Numbered from the stretch's first letter, positions 35,133 through 47,015 are shown. The stretch is 54,065 nucleotides of DNA from Rhodospirillales bacterium (GCA_038143065.1 JAYQLI010000030.1:1-54065); one strand, 5' to 3'. Notes: a model not told the origin generated them from the letters alone. Program-made: numbers and translations.

Positions 35133-35589
35133 ATGGGCAAACTGCTTTATCATTTCACATCAGCCGCTGCGTTGAAGCAGATTTTGATAGCAATCGTCTT
35201 GAACTTGAGGGTCAGCATTTTGTTGATGAACCACTTGCGTACCCCGTTCAGGTTGCTAGGGCCTTAGACGAGCAGTACAGCGCCTGTGGTCGCTTTGTAT
35301 GGTTCACAGAGCGTAGGACCTACCATTCTAGCAATACCCCTGATATGGAAGCGCAGGGATACAGCAAAATGAAGCTGGGATCATAATCGACAGCGATTTG
35401 ATCAATGCGAAAAAGTGGCATTACGTGAAGCGTGATAACAAAAACAATGTTGCCTTTATGAAGGTCGCAGGTGAGAACGACAGAGCCGCCCAGCGCAATG
35501 GAGATGATCCCTATGACTGGTGGGTCTCACCTGAACCGATTGATCTCACGCAGAGACGTTTTTCATGGATACTTATAGCGGACGTGTAA
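35133..35589 (+). CDS. Hypothetical protein (ORFs 35063-35386 and 35398-35589, probably one gene)
   Basis: Two adjacent plausible ORFs with one apparent frameshift. Confidence 0.4.
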
Positions 35590-35861
35590 AAACTCCACTG
35601 CGTTCTCGTTTATAAAAAACGGATTGCAATACATATAAGATGTTGCGGCGACAACGAATATTGCACTGTTAGTCGCTCGACTTCTTGGCTTTTTAAATTT
35701 CGTAATCGGGTTTTGTATATCCCAATAGGCTTTCGTGGCAAGCAGGCGTCTCGTAGTAAACGGGGACCATTGCGATCTACCATTGCCCGTTGATTTACCG
35801 ATCTCACAAACGTAAGTGCATTTCTAACTAATACAAAGTGTAACTTGCATTCAACGATTTA

Positions 35862-36435
35862 GCCTGATGCAATCAGATTTAGCACTTGTTCAACGGGAAC
35901 GCTGTAGAATTGCTCCCCTTCAGGCACTTTGTAATTTTTCACAACAACGATCGGCGCAGCGAGGACAGATGCTCTGCTGGCTACTGCAGCATGGGGTCAT
36001 CTCGTTATTCAGGACGAAAAATGTCGTGGGTTCGTCCGTGAACTTTTTTGCGCATTGGGATGTGGAGGGAGGAATGGAAAAGTAGGACCCTCGCCAACCC
36101 TGTTTCACCTCAACCTCACACCCAATTTCTTACCCTTACCTTCGACGAGTAAATCAACGCCGAAGGTGTCGGGATTGTTCTGACAACTGTAGCTTCCAGC
36201 CGTTTCCAAAACGACTCGAGCGACTTTTCTAGCCTCTGCGTCGAACTTGTCGAACACATCCGGCTCAAAGTATTTAAGCACGGCGCCGTTCCCTATTTTT
36301 GAGATAAGCGCAGTTCCAACCACGGAGCCATTCACGAGCGTAGAATGACGTAGGGCGGTAGGGACAGTTGTCGTCGGTCAGAAAGGCGTTCCAACCAACA
36401 TCATATGGCCTTCGGCAGGAAAGATTGGTTTCATA
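35862..36435 (-). CDS. Hypothetical protein, possible PD-(D/E)XK nuclease fold
   Basis: NPDTFGVDLLVEG..LGVEVE, HIPMRKKKF, FFVLN, GEQFYSVPV across frameshifts; SD GGAG. Confidence 0.5.
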
Positions 36436-36482
36436 ATTCATCTCCAAATCTTCCTCTTTTGTGCTGCAACTGTTGGGTCAGT

Positions 36483-38218
36483 TTATTCGCACTTACGAAG
36501 CCCAGTTGATGGGTCGTAATAACAAGCGCCACCTTCTTCGATGAAGTTGTCGTTTGCGACTTCTGGTTCTTCTGCGATGTCCTCTGATGCGGATGCATTT
36601 AGGATACCGAAGCGTTTTCCTGCGGCTCTGAAAGTCGTACAGCCCGATGCGCCACCTTCGTAGGCATCCATGTACACTTTCTTGAAATCATCCCAGCCAA
36701 CGTTGTCGCCAACATTGCAGGTTTTTGAGCACGCACTATCGACGTAATAGGACGCCACATTCAGGACCTTCACGTGATCAAACACGGATAGTTCATCGGC
36801 GGTTTTACCTTCACGCCAAAGACCCGATAACCATAATCCTCAACACGCTCCACACGAGGGCCGTCAAAGGTCTTGGATCGTGCGATCGTAGAAATGGCTG
36901 AACACAGGTTCGATACCGCTTGAGACATTGTCCGCAGACAAGCTGATTGTGCCCGTAGGAGCCACAGAAAGCAGGTGAGAGTTGCGGATACCATGCGCAG
37001 CAATCTGATTGCGTATATCGGTCGGCAGGGTCTGTGCAAATTCGGAATCCAGATACTCCTTGCTGAACAATTCAAACGGTCCTTTTTCCAGTGCCAGGGC
37101 AATACTCGATTGGTATGCGGTGTCACGGATTGTTCCCATGATCTTGCAGAGCATGGATGAACTGGTCGGAACCATATTCAAATCCCAGCGCCTCAATAGC
37201 GTTTGCAACACCTGTAACACCCAGACCCATACGACGCTTTGTTTGCGCCTCAATGCGCTGCTTTTCAGTCGGGTACACCGCTCTATCAACAACGTTGTCC
37301 ATCGCCCGAACGACATGCGGAATATCGGATCAGCATGTTGCGGTTGAAGACATATTTGCCTTCATGCTCGACCACGTATTTGGTCAAGTTGAACGATCCT
37401 AGAAGACAGGCACCGTTGGGGGCAAAGGTTGTTCTGCACAGGGGTTAGTTGTTGCAATCGTTTCGCAGTAATGCAGGTTGTTTTTGCGATTAATGCGATC
37501 GATGAACAAAATTCCGGGTTCTGCCCAATCATATGTCGATCGCATGATGTCATCCCACAGCGCACGAGCCATGATCGTTTTGTAAACACGACCATCAAAA
37601 ACGAGGTCAAATTCGTCATCCGTTTTCACCGCTTCCATGAATGCATCGGTCACACCCACAGAGATATTAAATTGGGTCAATTCAGTGCTGTTGTTTTTAG
37701 CTCTGATGAACTTTTCAATATCAGGGTGATCAACCCGCATCACGCCCATCTGTGCGCCTCTACGGTGCCCTGCAGATGAAATCGTCTTACACAGGCTATC
37801 GAATATGCCCATGAAGCTAATAGGGCCACTGGAGCGGCTGTCTAAGCTGCGGATCAGGGCGCCATGTGGCGAAGCGTGGAAAAGTCGTATCCGATGCCGC
37901 CGCCCAACTGCATCGTCTTGGCCGCATTGGTTGCAGCCGTCATGATGCCTTCCATGCTATCATCAATCGTATCGCTAACGAAGCAATTGTAGGGCGTCAC
38001 ACGTCTTGGTGCGCCCATCGCAGATTGGACACGACCAGCAGGAAGGAACCGCTGGTTATAAAGAATTTGGCGAAACTGATTGAAGTGATTTTCATGATCC
38101 TTCAATGCTCCGCCACACGTGTCATTGCGTCTTTAAAAGTTTCACCGTCAGATCGATATTTCTGTGCGTGAATTTCCTTCGATATGGCCAAGGTTGGCCC
38201 GTATTCCCCCGTTGTCAT
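36483..38218 (-). CDS. nrdJ: Class II (adenosylcobalamin-dependent) ribonucleotide reductase
   Basis: [72 protein letters not shown]-terminal [14 protein letters not shown]; ~580 aa with no beta-subunit gene in the genome. Confidence 0.85.
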
Positions 38219-38658
38219 TGGTAGCTGCCTCTCATTAAGTCGGTTAGGGTTGGTGGCGCATAGTTTGGGCCTTTTAAGACCTTTCCATTCGCCTGTTTTA
38301 TTGGCTGGCCTTCATCATCCAGCTTGCTCATGTTTGAGGCGTGTACACGACGCACCGCCTCATCTAAGTCCCAACCAAAAGCAGCAGCATAGCCGTAGGC
38401 GACGTAGACCAGATCGGCCAACTCCTTCAGCAAATTATCTGGTGTTTCGGCGGCACATACTTCGTCAAATTCTTCCGAGACCAGCGTCAAACGCAGCCGA
38501 TCTAGTTCAGAATTTTGGACGTATGGTTGATCCAACTCCTGATCCATGATGCGATGAAACTGACGCACCATGTCCAAGGGTGATTTACCTAAATAGGTGT
38601 TTGGATCACGCAGGGCCTCATTGCCCTCATCAAAATATTCGTAACCAGGGGTGATCAT
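38215..38658 (-). CDS. MazG-like nucleotide pyrophosphohydrolase
   Basis: LVSEEFDEV, LKELADLVYVAYG, VHASNMSK, GKVLKGPNY. Confidence 0.85.
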   Translation of the reverse strand: MITPGYEYFDEGNEALRDPNTYLGKSPLDMVRQFHRIMDQELDQPYVQNSELDRLRLTLVSEEFDEVCAAETPDNLLKELADLVYVAYGYAAAFGWDLDEAVRRVHASNMSKLDDEGQPIKQANGKVLKGPNYAPPTLTDLMRGSYQ

Positions 38659-38943
38659 TTCTGTTCCCCCTCTAGTTTTGCGATCAGGCGTTCAATGTAC
38701 CAGATCGCTTTTTTCAAATCCTCAACAGGGCGCTGCTTGTACGGCCAACGCCACAAATACTTAAACGCATTTTGCCATAGGTAGGCTTGGTGTGCTGGGA
38801 GTTTTGATCCATCGACCATGCCTTCCATAGCGGTGATGCATTCAAGTTGCCCATTACGATAGTGGGGGTGTATTCACTGCGTTGTCCGCACGTAATTCCG
38901 CCAATGAACGGGTATCCAGTTTTGATAAATCCCATTTAGCCAT
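38655..38943 (-). CDS. DUF3310 (SaV-like) protein
   Basis: PHY..GQLECITAME, NAFKYLWRWPYK..VEDLKKAIWYIERLI across frames. Confidence 0.75.
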
Positions 38944-39289
38944 CAGTGCATCCTTTTCTTGTTGAATTGGATCACGTTGGAGTTGGGGCTTGTGTCGAGG
39001 CTTTTGAGCAGTTCCTGATCAGGTTCAAACTCAATGTCGAGTTCAGCCTCATCAAAATCATCCCCCCATGTTTGTTGCAGTTCACGGAACATGCCGCCGT
39101 GCGCCACCAACACTGTCGGGTGATGTTTTAAAAACAGGTTCATGCCCATAAGCAGATTGAGGTAAAAATCTGCCATTTCGTCATCGAACCGTCTGATAGT
39201 TCGTGGCCAACAGCGACTTCGATTTTACCGTCTTCGTGGCAGTTGATTATGATGCCCATCTGATCGGTTTCAAATTCAGGATTTTTCAT
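38943..39289 (-). CDS. Hypothetical protein
   Basis: Includes ORF 38943-39176 ending SNVIQFNKKRMH. Confidence 0.55.
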
Positions 39290-39290
39290 T

Positions 39291-39638
39291 TCAGTATCCT
39301 TTCAACAAGAGAAAAAAGTGGTCTGCATCGACCACAGCGAGTGGTTTGCGGCGATCTGCTTTGACGATGACCAGCGGCTCTGTACCGTCAGGGCAATTGC
39401 GCTGGGCTTGATCGTAGAAGCGGTAGACAGCGATCTGTTTTTGCGACTTACACTCGACCGAATAGGGAAATTGATCCCGTGCGGCGGAAGACAGTTGAAT
39501 GTCTTCGCCACCTTGTCCCATCGCCGTGGACCGCACATCGTCGGTGGTCAGGCTGGGAAATCGGTCAAGAATTTGGTCTCGAACAAACTGCTGCAACTTC
39601 CGCCCCTTGGCTTTCGCCGAAGAGGTTTTGATTGCCAT
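39291..39638 (-). CDS. Holliday junction resolvase-like endonuclease
   Basis: SAKAKGRKLQQFVRD, STAMGQGGEDI, FPYSVECK, EPLVIVK. Confidence 0.8.
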   Translation of the reverse strand: MAIKTSSAKAKGRKLQQFVRDQILDRFPSLTTDDVRSTAMGQGGEDIQLSSAARDQFPYSVECKSQKQIAVYRFYDQAQRNCPDGTEPLVIVKADRRKPLAVVDADHFFLLLKGY

Positions 39639-40488
39639 TAATCGTCCTTCACAAACCAATAGTGGGGTGGGTTTTTGCCTCAGATTTTGGATGCGCAATA
39701 AATTCAGCATCAGGCCAACAGGAACCAAGGTAGTTGCAAAACTCACATGTCTTACAAAGCCGTTTTTTGCCTGTAGGCTTGCCCTGCCACTTGTCTTCGA
39801 TTGGTTCGAAGCACCGTGCAAATGGTGCGTCTTGATTGATCGCAGTGACATTGCTTTCGATCATCTCTGTGACCGCTTGCACTTCATCATCTGAGGGATC
39901 GCATTCTACGACACGGACTGCTCCAGTGCTTTTACAAATAACGATCCATCCACCAGGTGGTTTACCCTTGGCTTTGGCGTATCCAATCAGCTGTCCAACG
40001 TAACCAAAGTCATCGTTGTTTTTCAGATACTCATAGCCTTGAGACCACTTGTTTTGGAAAGCCCAGGGGATGCGGATTTGATGTCATAAACTTTTCCATC
40101 AATCTCGATGTCGTCAGTGCCTTTAATGGTTGTACCTGCGACATCTAGCGAAACCCTGTCTTTGCCACCCGTTACGTTAGCCCCTGCAATTTTCAGAACG
40201 AAGTCCGTCAATATCTCGACGCAATCTCCAATCATCATTTGCATTTTAAAGTTGTACGGCTTTTTAGAAGGCACTGCGCCAGAAGCAGCCATCTGCAACT
40301 GGCACAGGTGTTTTCCCAACGTTTGACATCCGCAGCCCAAACGCACCGTCATTGGGTGTCATTTGGTGGCGAAGCACTTCCTTGAGTGCTTCACCTGCTT
40401 CGTCAATGTATTGGTCAAGAATTTCCAGCTGGTCAAACTGGTCATTCGACATGCGATCCAAAGCCAAATGGATTTGGGGTTCTAACAT
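39638..40488 (-). CDS. PD-(D/E)XK exonuclease (Cas4-like)
   Basis: LRMSNVGK..CQL, GTDDIEIDGKVYDIKSAS, FGYVGQL.GY, CEFCNYLGSCW. Confidence 0.8.
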
Positions 40489-41330
40489 CAGGCGACGTCT
40501 TCCAAATCATCTTCCAGAGCACTCTCCATCGCATCGATGGCGTTCTGGTCTAGTGATTGGTTGGTCAACGCAGCCTTGTACGCCTGATCGATACGGGCGT
40601 TTTCGGCACGGATTGCATCTGCAATCGCACCCATGCTGTCCACCACATCCTGCGTCAGTGAAACTGGGTTCTTCAGATCAGGTTTGAAGTGAAAGGTGAA
40701 CCAAGTCACGCTGCCATTTTTGTGGCGCTCTGACGTGATTGTCGCAGTGTAATCCCAGATGTTGCGATTACGTGGTAACTTTTTAAGGAACTCATCCTCA
40801 AAAGGATTCCAATTTGTGCCTTTCAACATCAAAATGACTGGCTGATTAACGTATTCAACCTTTTCACCTTCGGCGGTAACGCCTGTGAAAGTGACCAATC
40901 CACGTACTTGGCGGAAACACGTGATGTCGGCGTATTTTTGACGCTGTTCATCGGGCATTTCACGTAGAACTGATGAAATTGGTTTGCCGCAGCGTACTGT
41001 TCCATTGGTGTCACGAGCCTCCTGTCCAAAGTTTGAAATGATCAACGATTTTGCAGCCAATTTGTTTTGCTGCGTGTCGTAGTGCAGATATTGGTAGTGG
41101 TGTCCCAGCGGACGAAACTCAACGGTTTCGCCATAGGCTACCTTATCCAACCCTTTGATGTAGAAGTGCCCACGTGGCAGTGAGTTGCCCTGATCATCAT
41201 CCACCTGCGTGTTGATTTTCAGTTCAGGCATTCGGCTGGCGCTAGTGCCACCAGACGATTGCTGTGCAGCCCCTAGTTCGGCTGCTAGTTGGTCGATTGA
41301 ACGACCGTTCGATGTTACAAGTTTGGTCAT
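40488..41330 (-). CDS. Putative single-stranded DNA-binding protein
   Basis: Intact 280-aa ORF between polymerase and exonuclease, with acidic C-terminal tail (LEDDLEDVA). Confidence 0.65.
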   Translation of the reverse strand: MTKLVTSNGRSIDQLAAELGAAQQSSGGTSASRMPELKINTQVDDDQGNSLPRGHFYIKGLDKVAYGETVEFRPLGHHYQYLHYDTQQNKLAAKSLIISNFGQEARDTNGTVRCGKPISSVLREMPDEQRQKYADITCFRQVRGLVTFTGVTAEGEKVEYVNQPVILMLKGTNWNPFEDEFLKKLPRNRNIWDYTATITSERHKNGSVTWFTFHFKPDLKNPVSLTQDVVDSMGAIADAIRAENARIDQAYKAALTNQSLDQNAIDAMESALEDDLEDVA

Positions 41331-41405
41331 ATTTTTACTTACCTTTCTGTAAAAAATATTGCGTTAGCTAGATCGTCAGATTACCAAATATGGTATCCAA
41401 TATCA

Positions 41406-41423
41406 AGTACTAATACACTAGGA
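41406..41423. promoter_or_regulatory. Repeated ~17-bp motif AGTACTAATACACTAGG (other copies at 44915, 48062, 49604, reverse at 49320 and 45787)
   Basis: Near-identical copies in five intergenic promoter regions; here it abuts TTGATA-N17-TAATCT on the minus strand upstream of the SSB gene. Confidence 0.7.
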
Positions 41424-41435
41424 AGTGTAAAAAAA

Positions 41436-43522
41436 TTAGATGAGCCAGTTTGGACCGGACTCGATCTCGATCGCTAATGGGAGACAAGATTCATGTTCCC
41501 AGCGTTCACGGACTTCGTCTAAAACGCCCGTCATTGCCCAAGTCAGAGCATCATTCACAGCATCGGTTTCATCGGGATGCGTATCCACAACAATGCTATC
41601 GTGTACGGTCAGGATTATCAGTGAGTTTAGGCCAAGTTCCTGAAAGCGGCGGTGTGCTCTGATGCATGAAAGTTGCACCAGATCATTGCCGTATCCTTGA
41701 ACCGGATAATTTTTGACTTGTGTGCCGTTACTGATTTGTCCGTTGCCGTACCGTTTTGGGTCAGGCCAGTGATACTGACGACCAGAGGGGGTCTGAACGA
41801 TCCCCTTTTTCATGACGCTATCCGTCAAAGACTTGTGCCAATGGGCCAGCCCTTGTAGATCGTCATAAATTCTTTGAAATATGCTTGGATATGCGGTTCC
41901 TCACCAGCACCCATCCCTCCGTACAACGGCGCAAATGTGAACGCCTTCGCAGCCTGACGCTGATCTTTCGTCACGGTGTCCTTATCGATACGGTTGATGA
42001 TTGATGCCGTCTGGGAGTGCACATCTTTTTTGTTTTCAATGTCGGCAATGATCTGTGGATCACGGCTGAGTTCGCCAGCGCATATCCACTCCAAAGACGC
42101 AAAATCCGCCTCTGTAATGAGTCCGTTTTCAAACCTCGACACAACGCATTTGCGGATCGGAAATCCACGCTTTGGCTGGTTCTGGAAATTAGGGTTTGTG
42201 GAACTCAGGCGTCCTGTTGCCGTCACCGTCTGATTAAAGTTGGTATGAAGCAATCCGCTGGCCTGGTCCATGTTTTGATGCCTTTCACAAAGCTGTCGAG
42301 ATAAACCGATACCGCATTTAAGCGTGACATCTTTTCCAGAAACTCAACCGCCGTTTCATTGCCCTTGATCTTGGCTTGGCTGATCAGAATTTTGATGGTG
42401 CCTTTGTCGGTTTTGAAACCATTGATCGAAGCATAGCTTGCATCCGCAGGGTAAGACGAAGGCCAGCGGTTTTTCCGGTATTCTGATACAAAGCACCAGC
42501 ACCAGAGCACGATGTGCACTTCGACAAATTCTTGTACGGTTCCCCGTTCACTTTGATTTTCTGGATGCGTCCACGGCCATCACAAACATCACAACAAATT
42601 GCCATGGTTTTTTTGAATCACAGAGGTTGTGGTTCTGACAGCCTTTGCAAATTCGGATTTATTCATCCTTGGTGTGCGCAATGGTTTACCAGAGGGGCCA
42701 ACGCCAATATTAAACAGTCGCTTGTGTTCATCCCGATCGATCACCTTGCGGCTGTAGACCACCTTGGTCATATCAGCGCCGGAATTAAGGTTGATCGGGG
42801 TGTCGCCCATCACATCTTCTACGATTTCATTTAGCCGCTTTTTCAGGGTTATCTGTTCGGCCTTAAATTCTCTTCCACCGCATCCAAAGCATCGAGATCA
42901 ACATTGATCCCATTGCGTTCGATATGGATCAGGTGCGCAGCATTTCGTGCGACAGATCAAGGATCGGTTTTAGGCTTTATTTTCCGCCCGAGCAAAATCA
43001 TCCAGCTGTTGCAGGTAAATCTCACCACAGGCTTTAACATCGGCCACAGCGTATTCCGTGACGGTGTCGAGGGGCATAGCCTCAAACCCAACACCGCTTT
43101 TGAACAATTCATCAACCAAGTCTGATTTCTTATTGGTCACCTGACGGCGTTTGGCCGTGGCTTTCAGCGATAGTTCTGTCCGCTGGCCTTTGCTGAGAAT
43201 GTATTCGCCAACCATTGTGCAATAAATCTTTGGGGGCAAGGGTGAAGCCCATCTCTGTGAGCCACTGACAGTCAAATTTTGAGTTGTGTGCGCTATCAGT
43301 TCATCTGCTTGTTCACAACATGTTTTCCAACAGACTTCGGCAGTCAGGGTCTGGTTTGTCATTGTGATTGAAAACCAGCGTGAACACCTCATCAACTGTG
43401 TCCCAACCCAGCATTCCAAAATGCGCCGATACACATTTGTTTTCTGGGTTGAAAGGCGAGTTGTCGGTTTTGCCATCAAAGCGTTGAACTGTCGTTTCAA
43501 GGTCCAAAACAAGGCGCTTCAT
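41436..43522 (-). CDS. polA: Family A DNA polymerase with 3'-5' exonuclease and DnaJ-like zinc-finger insertion (frameshifted)
   Basis: LVLDLET (ExoI), YAVADV, CDVCDGRG...CTSCSGAG, TATGRLSS, ADFASLE (motif A), RQAAKAFTFAPLYG (motif B), TVHDSIV (motif C). Confidence 0.93.
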
Positions 43523-43702
43523 TTTTGCACCCCCATGATTTTCAACTGCAGATCGTTCACACGGCGCAGGATGTCCAGCTAAGTCCCGCATAATCTCCTG
43601 ATGGAGATCACGGGCCTGTTGATGTTGTTCTTTGCGCTTGCGTTCTTCCTGTTCGAAATATTCGTCCAGATCACCAGCCCAATCATGCTGAATACCGCCC
43701 AA
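43519..43702 (-). CDS. Small hypothetical protein
   Basis: HDWAGDLDEYFEQEERKRKEQ..., between helicase and polymerase. Confidence 0.45.
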
Positions 43703-44898
43703 TTTCTGGTTCGATCATCACTGGAATTGTGCCGTGATAGCCCGACAATTTGTTTTTGGAGATGGTCAAAAAACGGGTGTTATCAGGCAGCCCATCTTCG
43801 TTGTCGCCGCTGTGTTTGCCGATCCCAAGGATCACATCAGCTTCGGCGGCTTTGCCCAGTTTTTGAGCCTTCCGCCATCGAAAAATCGATCCTGGTTTTG
43901 CCCTCACCATCCGCAGAGGCTTGGGACACACCAATCAGTGCACATTGTGACGTTTCGCCAGTTCTCTGAGGCGACGGTACAGTTCACGCAATCGTTCGTG
44001 CGTTGCATTATATTGGCCACTCACGCCAACCTTGTCCGCCTGATCGATGATCAACACGTCGGGTTTCATCTTATGGCAATAGACATCCAACCGATCCAAA
44101 TCCCAATCGACCGTGTCTTTCATTTCCAGATTGGACTTCGACACACGCAAACGCAGCCAATGCTTCCTTTGGTTTTTCTGCAATTTCCTCACGGGTCATG
44201 CCGGATGCAGCTTGCACCGAACGCAACATGGTTCTGGTGGTTTCTTCTTCGTTGCCCAAATACAAAACGCTAGCGCCTTGATCTGAAACCGCCAGGGCCG
44301 CAATCAGGGATACCAAGAACGTGGTTTTGCCAGTTTCGGGTCTGGCCAACACGATCATAAATTCACCTGCTCCGATCCCGTAGAGTTGGCGGGAGAGCGT
44401 TTCGATATTAAACTGCCAACGAGCAGCATCAGATGATTTTGCCAACAGTTCGTCTAAATCCTTGGTGGTCGTCGGTCCAAAATCATCGGGCGCATAATCA
44501 GATGCGCATCGATCCAGTAGGGCCTGTAGCAACCCCATAGCAGATGCGTCACCTCCGACAGGTTGATGCCCAGATTTGTAATTTCACGGCCAATTTCTTT
44601 GCGCCACAGCTTTGCTATGACGTCCTTGGCGACATCATCACTGATCGCTTCAACCTTTTTGATGTCATCAACAACATCACGAAAATCGGCCTTCTGTGTT
44701 GGTCGCAACAGGATTGTCGGCTACCCACAGGGAATACAATTCTTCTTCGGTGATGTCGTGGTTGTAAGTTTCGTGCGCCTTCATGATCAGGTCATATGCT
44801 TCGGCGCAATCGTCAGAAAAAATTTGACGTTTCAGCTTTGGTTTATTTGCTCGATAGCTGTCGGTCTGCAACAATGTCTTTAGTAGGGATATTTCCAT
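43683..44898 (-). CDS. DnaB-like replicative helicase (frameshifted)
   Basis: ARPETGKTT (Walker A), LYLGNEE, LIIDQADK, RELAKRH, GKAAEADVILGIG, ISKNKLSG. Confidence 0.9.
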
Positions 44899-44951
44899 CG
44901 GTCCTCCAAGTACGGTACTAATACACTAGGAATATCACAGATGGAGAGACA

Positions 44952-44985
44952 AAAAAAGCCCCAATCAGACGAAAGGGGCTACTTT
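44952..44985 (-). terminator. Rho-independent terminator, possibly bidirectional
   Basis: A7-GCCCC...GGGGCT-ACTTTT. Confidence 0.6.
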
Positions 44986-45003
44986 TCGGAATTGAAGATT
45001 ATG

Positions 45004-45558
45004 TTACTTGGTCGTCAACTTTTTAGGTTGCGTATCAAATTTCATGGTCTTCATTTGCTCGGGGTTGCATAATACAGCTTTGGAACCGCTGTCGCTGTAT
45101 TGCAATGGCTCACCCGCATTATAAAGTTCCATCATATGATCACATTCCGTCTCTAACATCATTGTCAATTGATCATCAGAGAACAAATTACGGGCACCAA
45201 TACGATTGCGGAACTCTTGCAATCTTTTCTTCACACCTGCAGAGATCATTTGCTCTGTCTTAGATGTGCGCATTGGGATTTTAACTTTATGATTGGTTCC
45301 TCGGGTACCACGGAACACAATATCCTTGAGTTCACCCGTAGGTCCACGGCGCTCTGCTTGGGGTACCCCAGCCTTTGGATCGCCCTCTATAGTTACCAAA
45401 TTTGCTAGTTTTGCATTCTTTGAACGCAGGAACTGCTTAAATTCGTTGGCATACTCATTAACCAGTTGATGCAGTTCATACACTTCACTCGTATCACCAT
45501 TGATGTCTACATCCCAGATGATAATCGCTCTCTTCTTTACACCTTCCATTTTGGTCAC
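45004..45558 (-). CDS. Hypothetical protein (184 aa)
   Basis: Intact ORF between primase and helicase; no recognisable motif. Confidence 0.65.
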   Translation of the reverse strand: MTKMEGVKKRAIIIWDVDINGDTSEVYELHQLVNEYANEFKQFLRSKNAKLANLVTIEGDPKAGVPQAERRGPTGELKDIVFRGTRGTNHKVKIPMRTSKTEQMISAGVKKRLQEFRNRIGARNLFSDDQLTMMLETECDHMMELYNAGEPLQYSDSGSKAVLCNPEQMKTMKFDTQPKKLTTK

Positions 45559-45583
45559 TTCCCGCCCTTATGGGCTTCCCTCA

Positions 45584-46403
45584 CTAGGTACTTGGTTGAT
45601 GCGGTTTGTTTGTTGTTGTTATCCGCAATGTATTTAATAGTTGCTCTTTCGTAAGCTCTTTAGGGTCCTTGTTGGTCGTCCGTATGAATGTGTTGCCTCG
45701 TAGCATTTTCTGCATCGATACTGCTTTCTTCTGCGCATCGTTATCCAATAATATATATTTATATAAATAATTTCGCAATGTATTTTTTAGTGTATTAGTA
45801 ATGTTAGTTCCTAAAATAGCAAAACCGACTACATTACCCAATGATGCAATGCTACAAGCAGATGCCGCATCTTCCACTATTACTGCGGTTTCACCGCTTC
45901 CAACGGCTATTCCATGGCTTATGTCGCCATAGGTCATCCATTTCGGCCCTTTTCCGCCTAAATGGTACATTGCACGGCCTACAGCGCCATCATTGTCCTG
46001 ATTGTAAAATAATACCCGTTTTTCACGTGGGGCGTATCTGATCCTGATCAGGCCGTTTTCGTAGGCTTCGTAGGAGTTGACCGATCGGAGATATTCGCAC
46101 ACTTCGTCGTGATGTTCGATGCGTGTGGTAAAGGCAGGGATAGGGTAAACCAGGAGCCATGCGTTGCGGCTCTGCACGTTGAGCAAGATACGCTTTTGCG
46201 CCTGTGATCGTTTTATCGCCATTATACCGTCCTTTGGCGTTACAGGATGCACGAAAGCAATTCCATAGAAGTTCGCCAGTTGCAAGGCGATCCAATGTGA
46301 ATTTTTTGCGACCACCACAGAATGGACAGTCCAAAGTTTTGTGCTCACCCTCGCTGATGCGAATGCCTTTTATGATTTCAAGCTGGTCACGATAATTGTG
46401 CAT
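45584..46403 (-). CDS. DNA primase (zinc finger + TOPRIM), one frameshift
   Basis: DCPFCGG..WNCFRASC, AVGRA, VIVEDAASAC, AILGT, LLDNDA, DPK. Confidence 0.88.
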
Positions 46404-46412
46404 TGTGGTTCC

Positions 46413-46520
46413 TAATAAAAAACCCCGCCCGAGTGCCAAGAGGAGAGGCAAAGCACTGGGACGGGGCTATGCGACGGTGGTCGGGCCAGTCGCTAAGAGG
46501 TAGTTGATCAGGCTACCTTA
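46413..46520 (-). ncRNA. Structured 3' element/terminator with anti-SD loop; candidate 3'-derived sRNA
   Basis: Minus strand: three hairpins; the last is CCCCG..AGTGC-[TTTGCCTCTCCTCTTG]-GCACT..CGGGG followed by T6. Confidence 0.45.
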
Positions 46521-47015
46521 ACTTGCTGCTATCAACCCAGTTGTAGGGGCTTCCAATATTACTGGTGGCTTTTGCAAACGGGCATAGTCATACGTTTCAT
46601 TGAATATGCTCACGACGTCTTTTGGCAGACGATCAAGCGGATACGCATGGTATTCGCCGTTGTTGTAATGACCGCCGTATTCGAGGTTGCAGGTGTTCAG
46701 GAAATACCCAGACACGTGCAGACCTTCTTCGTGAAGGATTTCGTATGCGCCGATGGGTGGTGCCCAGGGCGATTCAAATTCCATCTCTAGGCTCCATTGA
46801 TCGTAGCCATATCCGTAAACGTCGTTGTTGGTGTAAGCGAGTGGGTCACGAATTTCCCACTTAACGCCCCATGTATCAATCGCACGTGTTTCCGCAAACT
46901 TGCCGATAGGTTTGACGGTTTGCAGAAAACAGTTTGCGACAGCGCCCTCATAGAGTTCGTGAATCCGTTCATACGGACCCACGACGCTCAAAATGTTGTC
47001 GATCATGCTGGGCAT
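46518..47015 (-). CDS. DUF1281/YubB-like ferredoxin-fold hypothetical protein
   Basis: WGVKWEI...FESPWAPPIGAYEIL motif. Confidence 0.65.
   Translation of the reverse strand: MPSMIDNILSVVGPYERIHELYEGAVANCFLQTVKPIGKFAETRAIDTWGVKWEIRDPLAYTNNDVYGYGYDQWSLEMEFESPWAPPIGAYEILHEEGLHVSGYFLNTCNLEYGGHYNNGEYHAYPLDRLPKDVVSIFNETYDYARLQKPPVILEAPTTGLIAAS

Noticed and set aside
35590-35860. Further ncRNA between convergent genes
   Set aside because: Only a few weak hairpins and no clear promoter-terminator pair; not enough support.
39638-40488. Cas4 as evidence of a CRISPR system
   Set aside because: Stand-alone phage PD-(D/E)XK exonuclease in the replication module; no array or cas1.
42384-42605. Intein or separate dnaJ gene in the polymerase
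   Set aside because: No intein terminal motifs or J domain; it is the known in-frame zinc-finger insertion.
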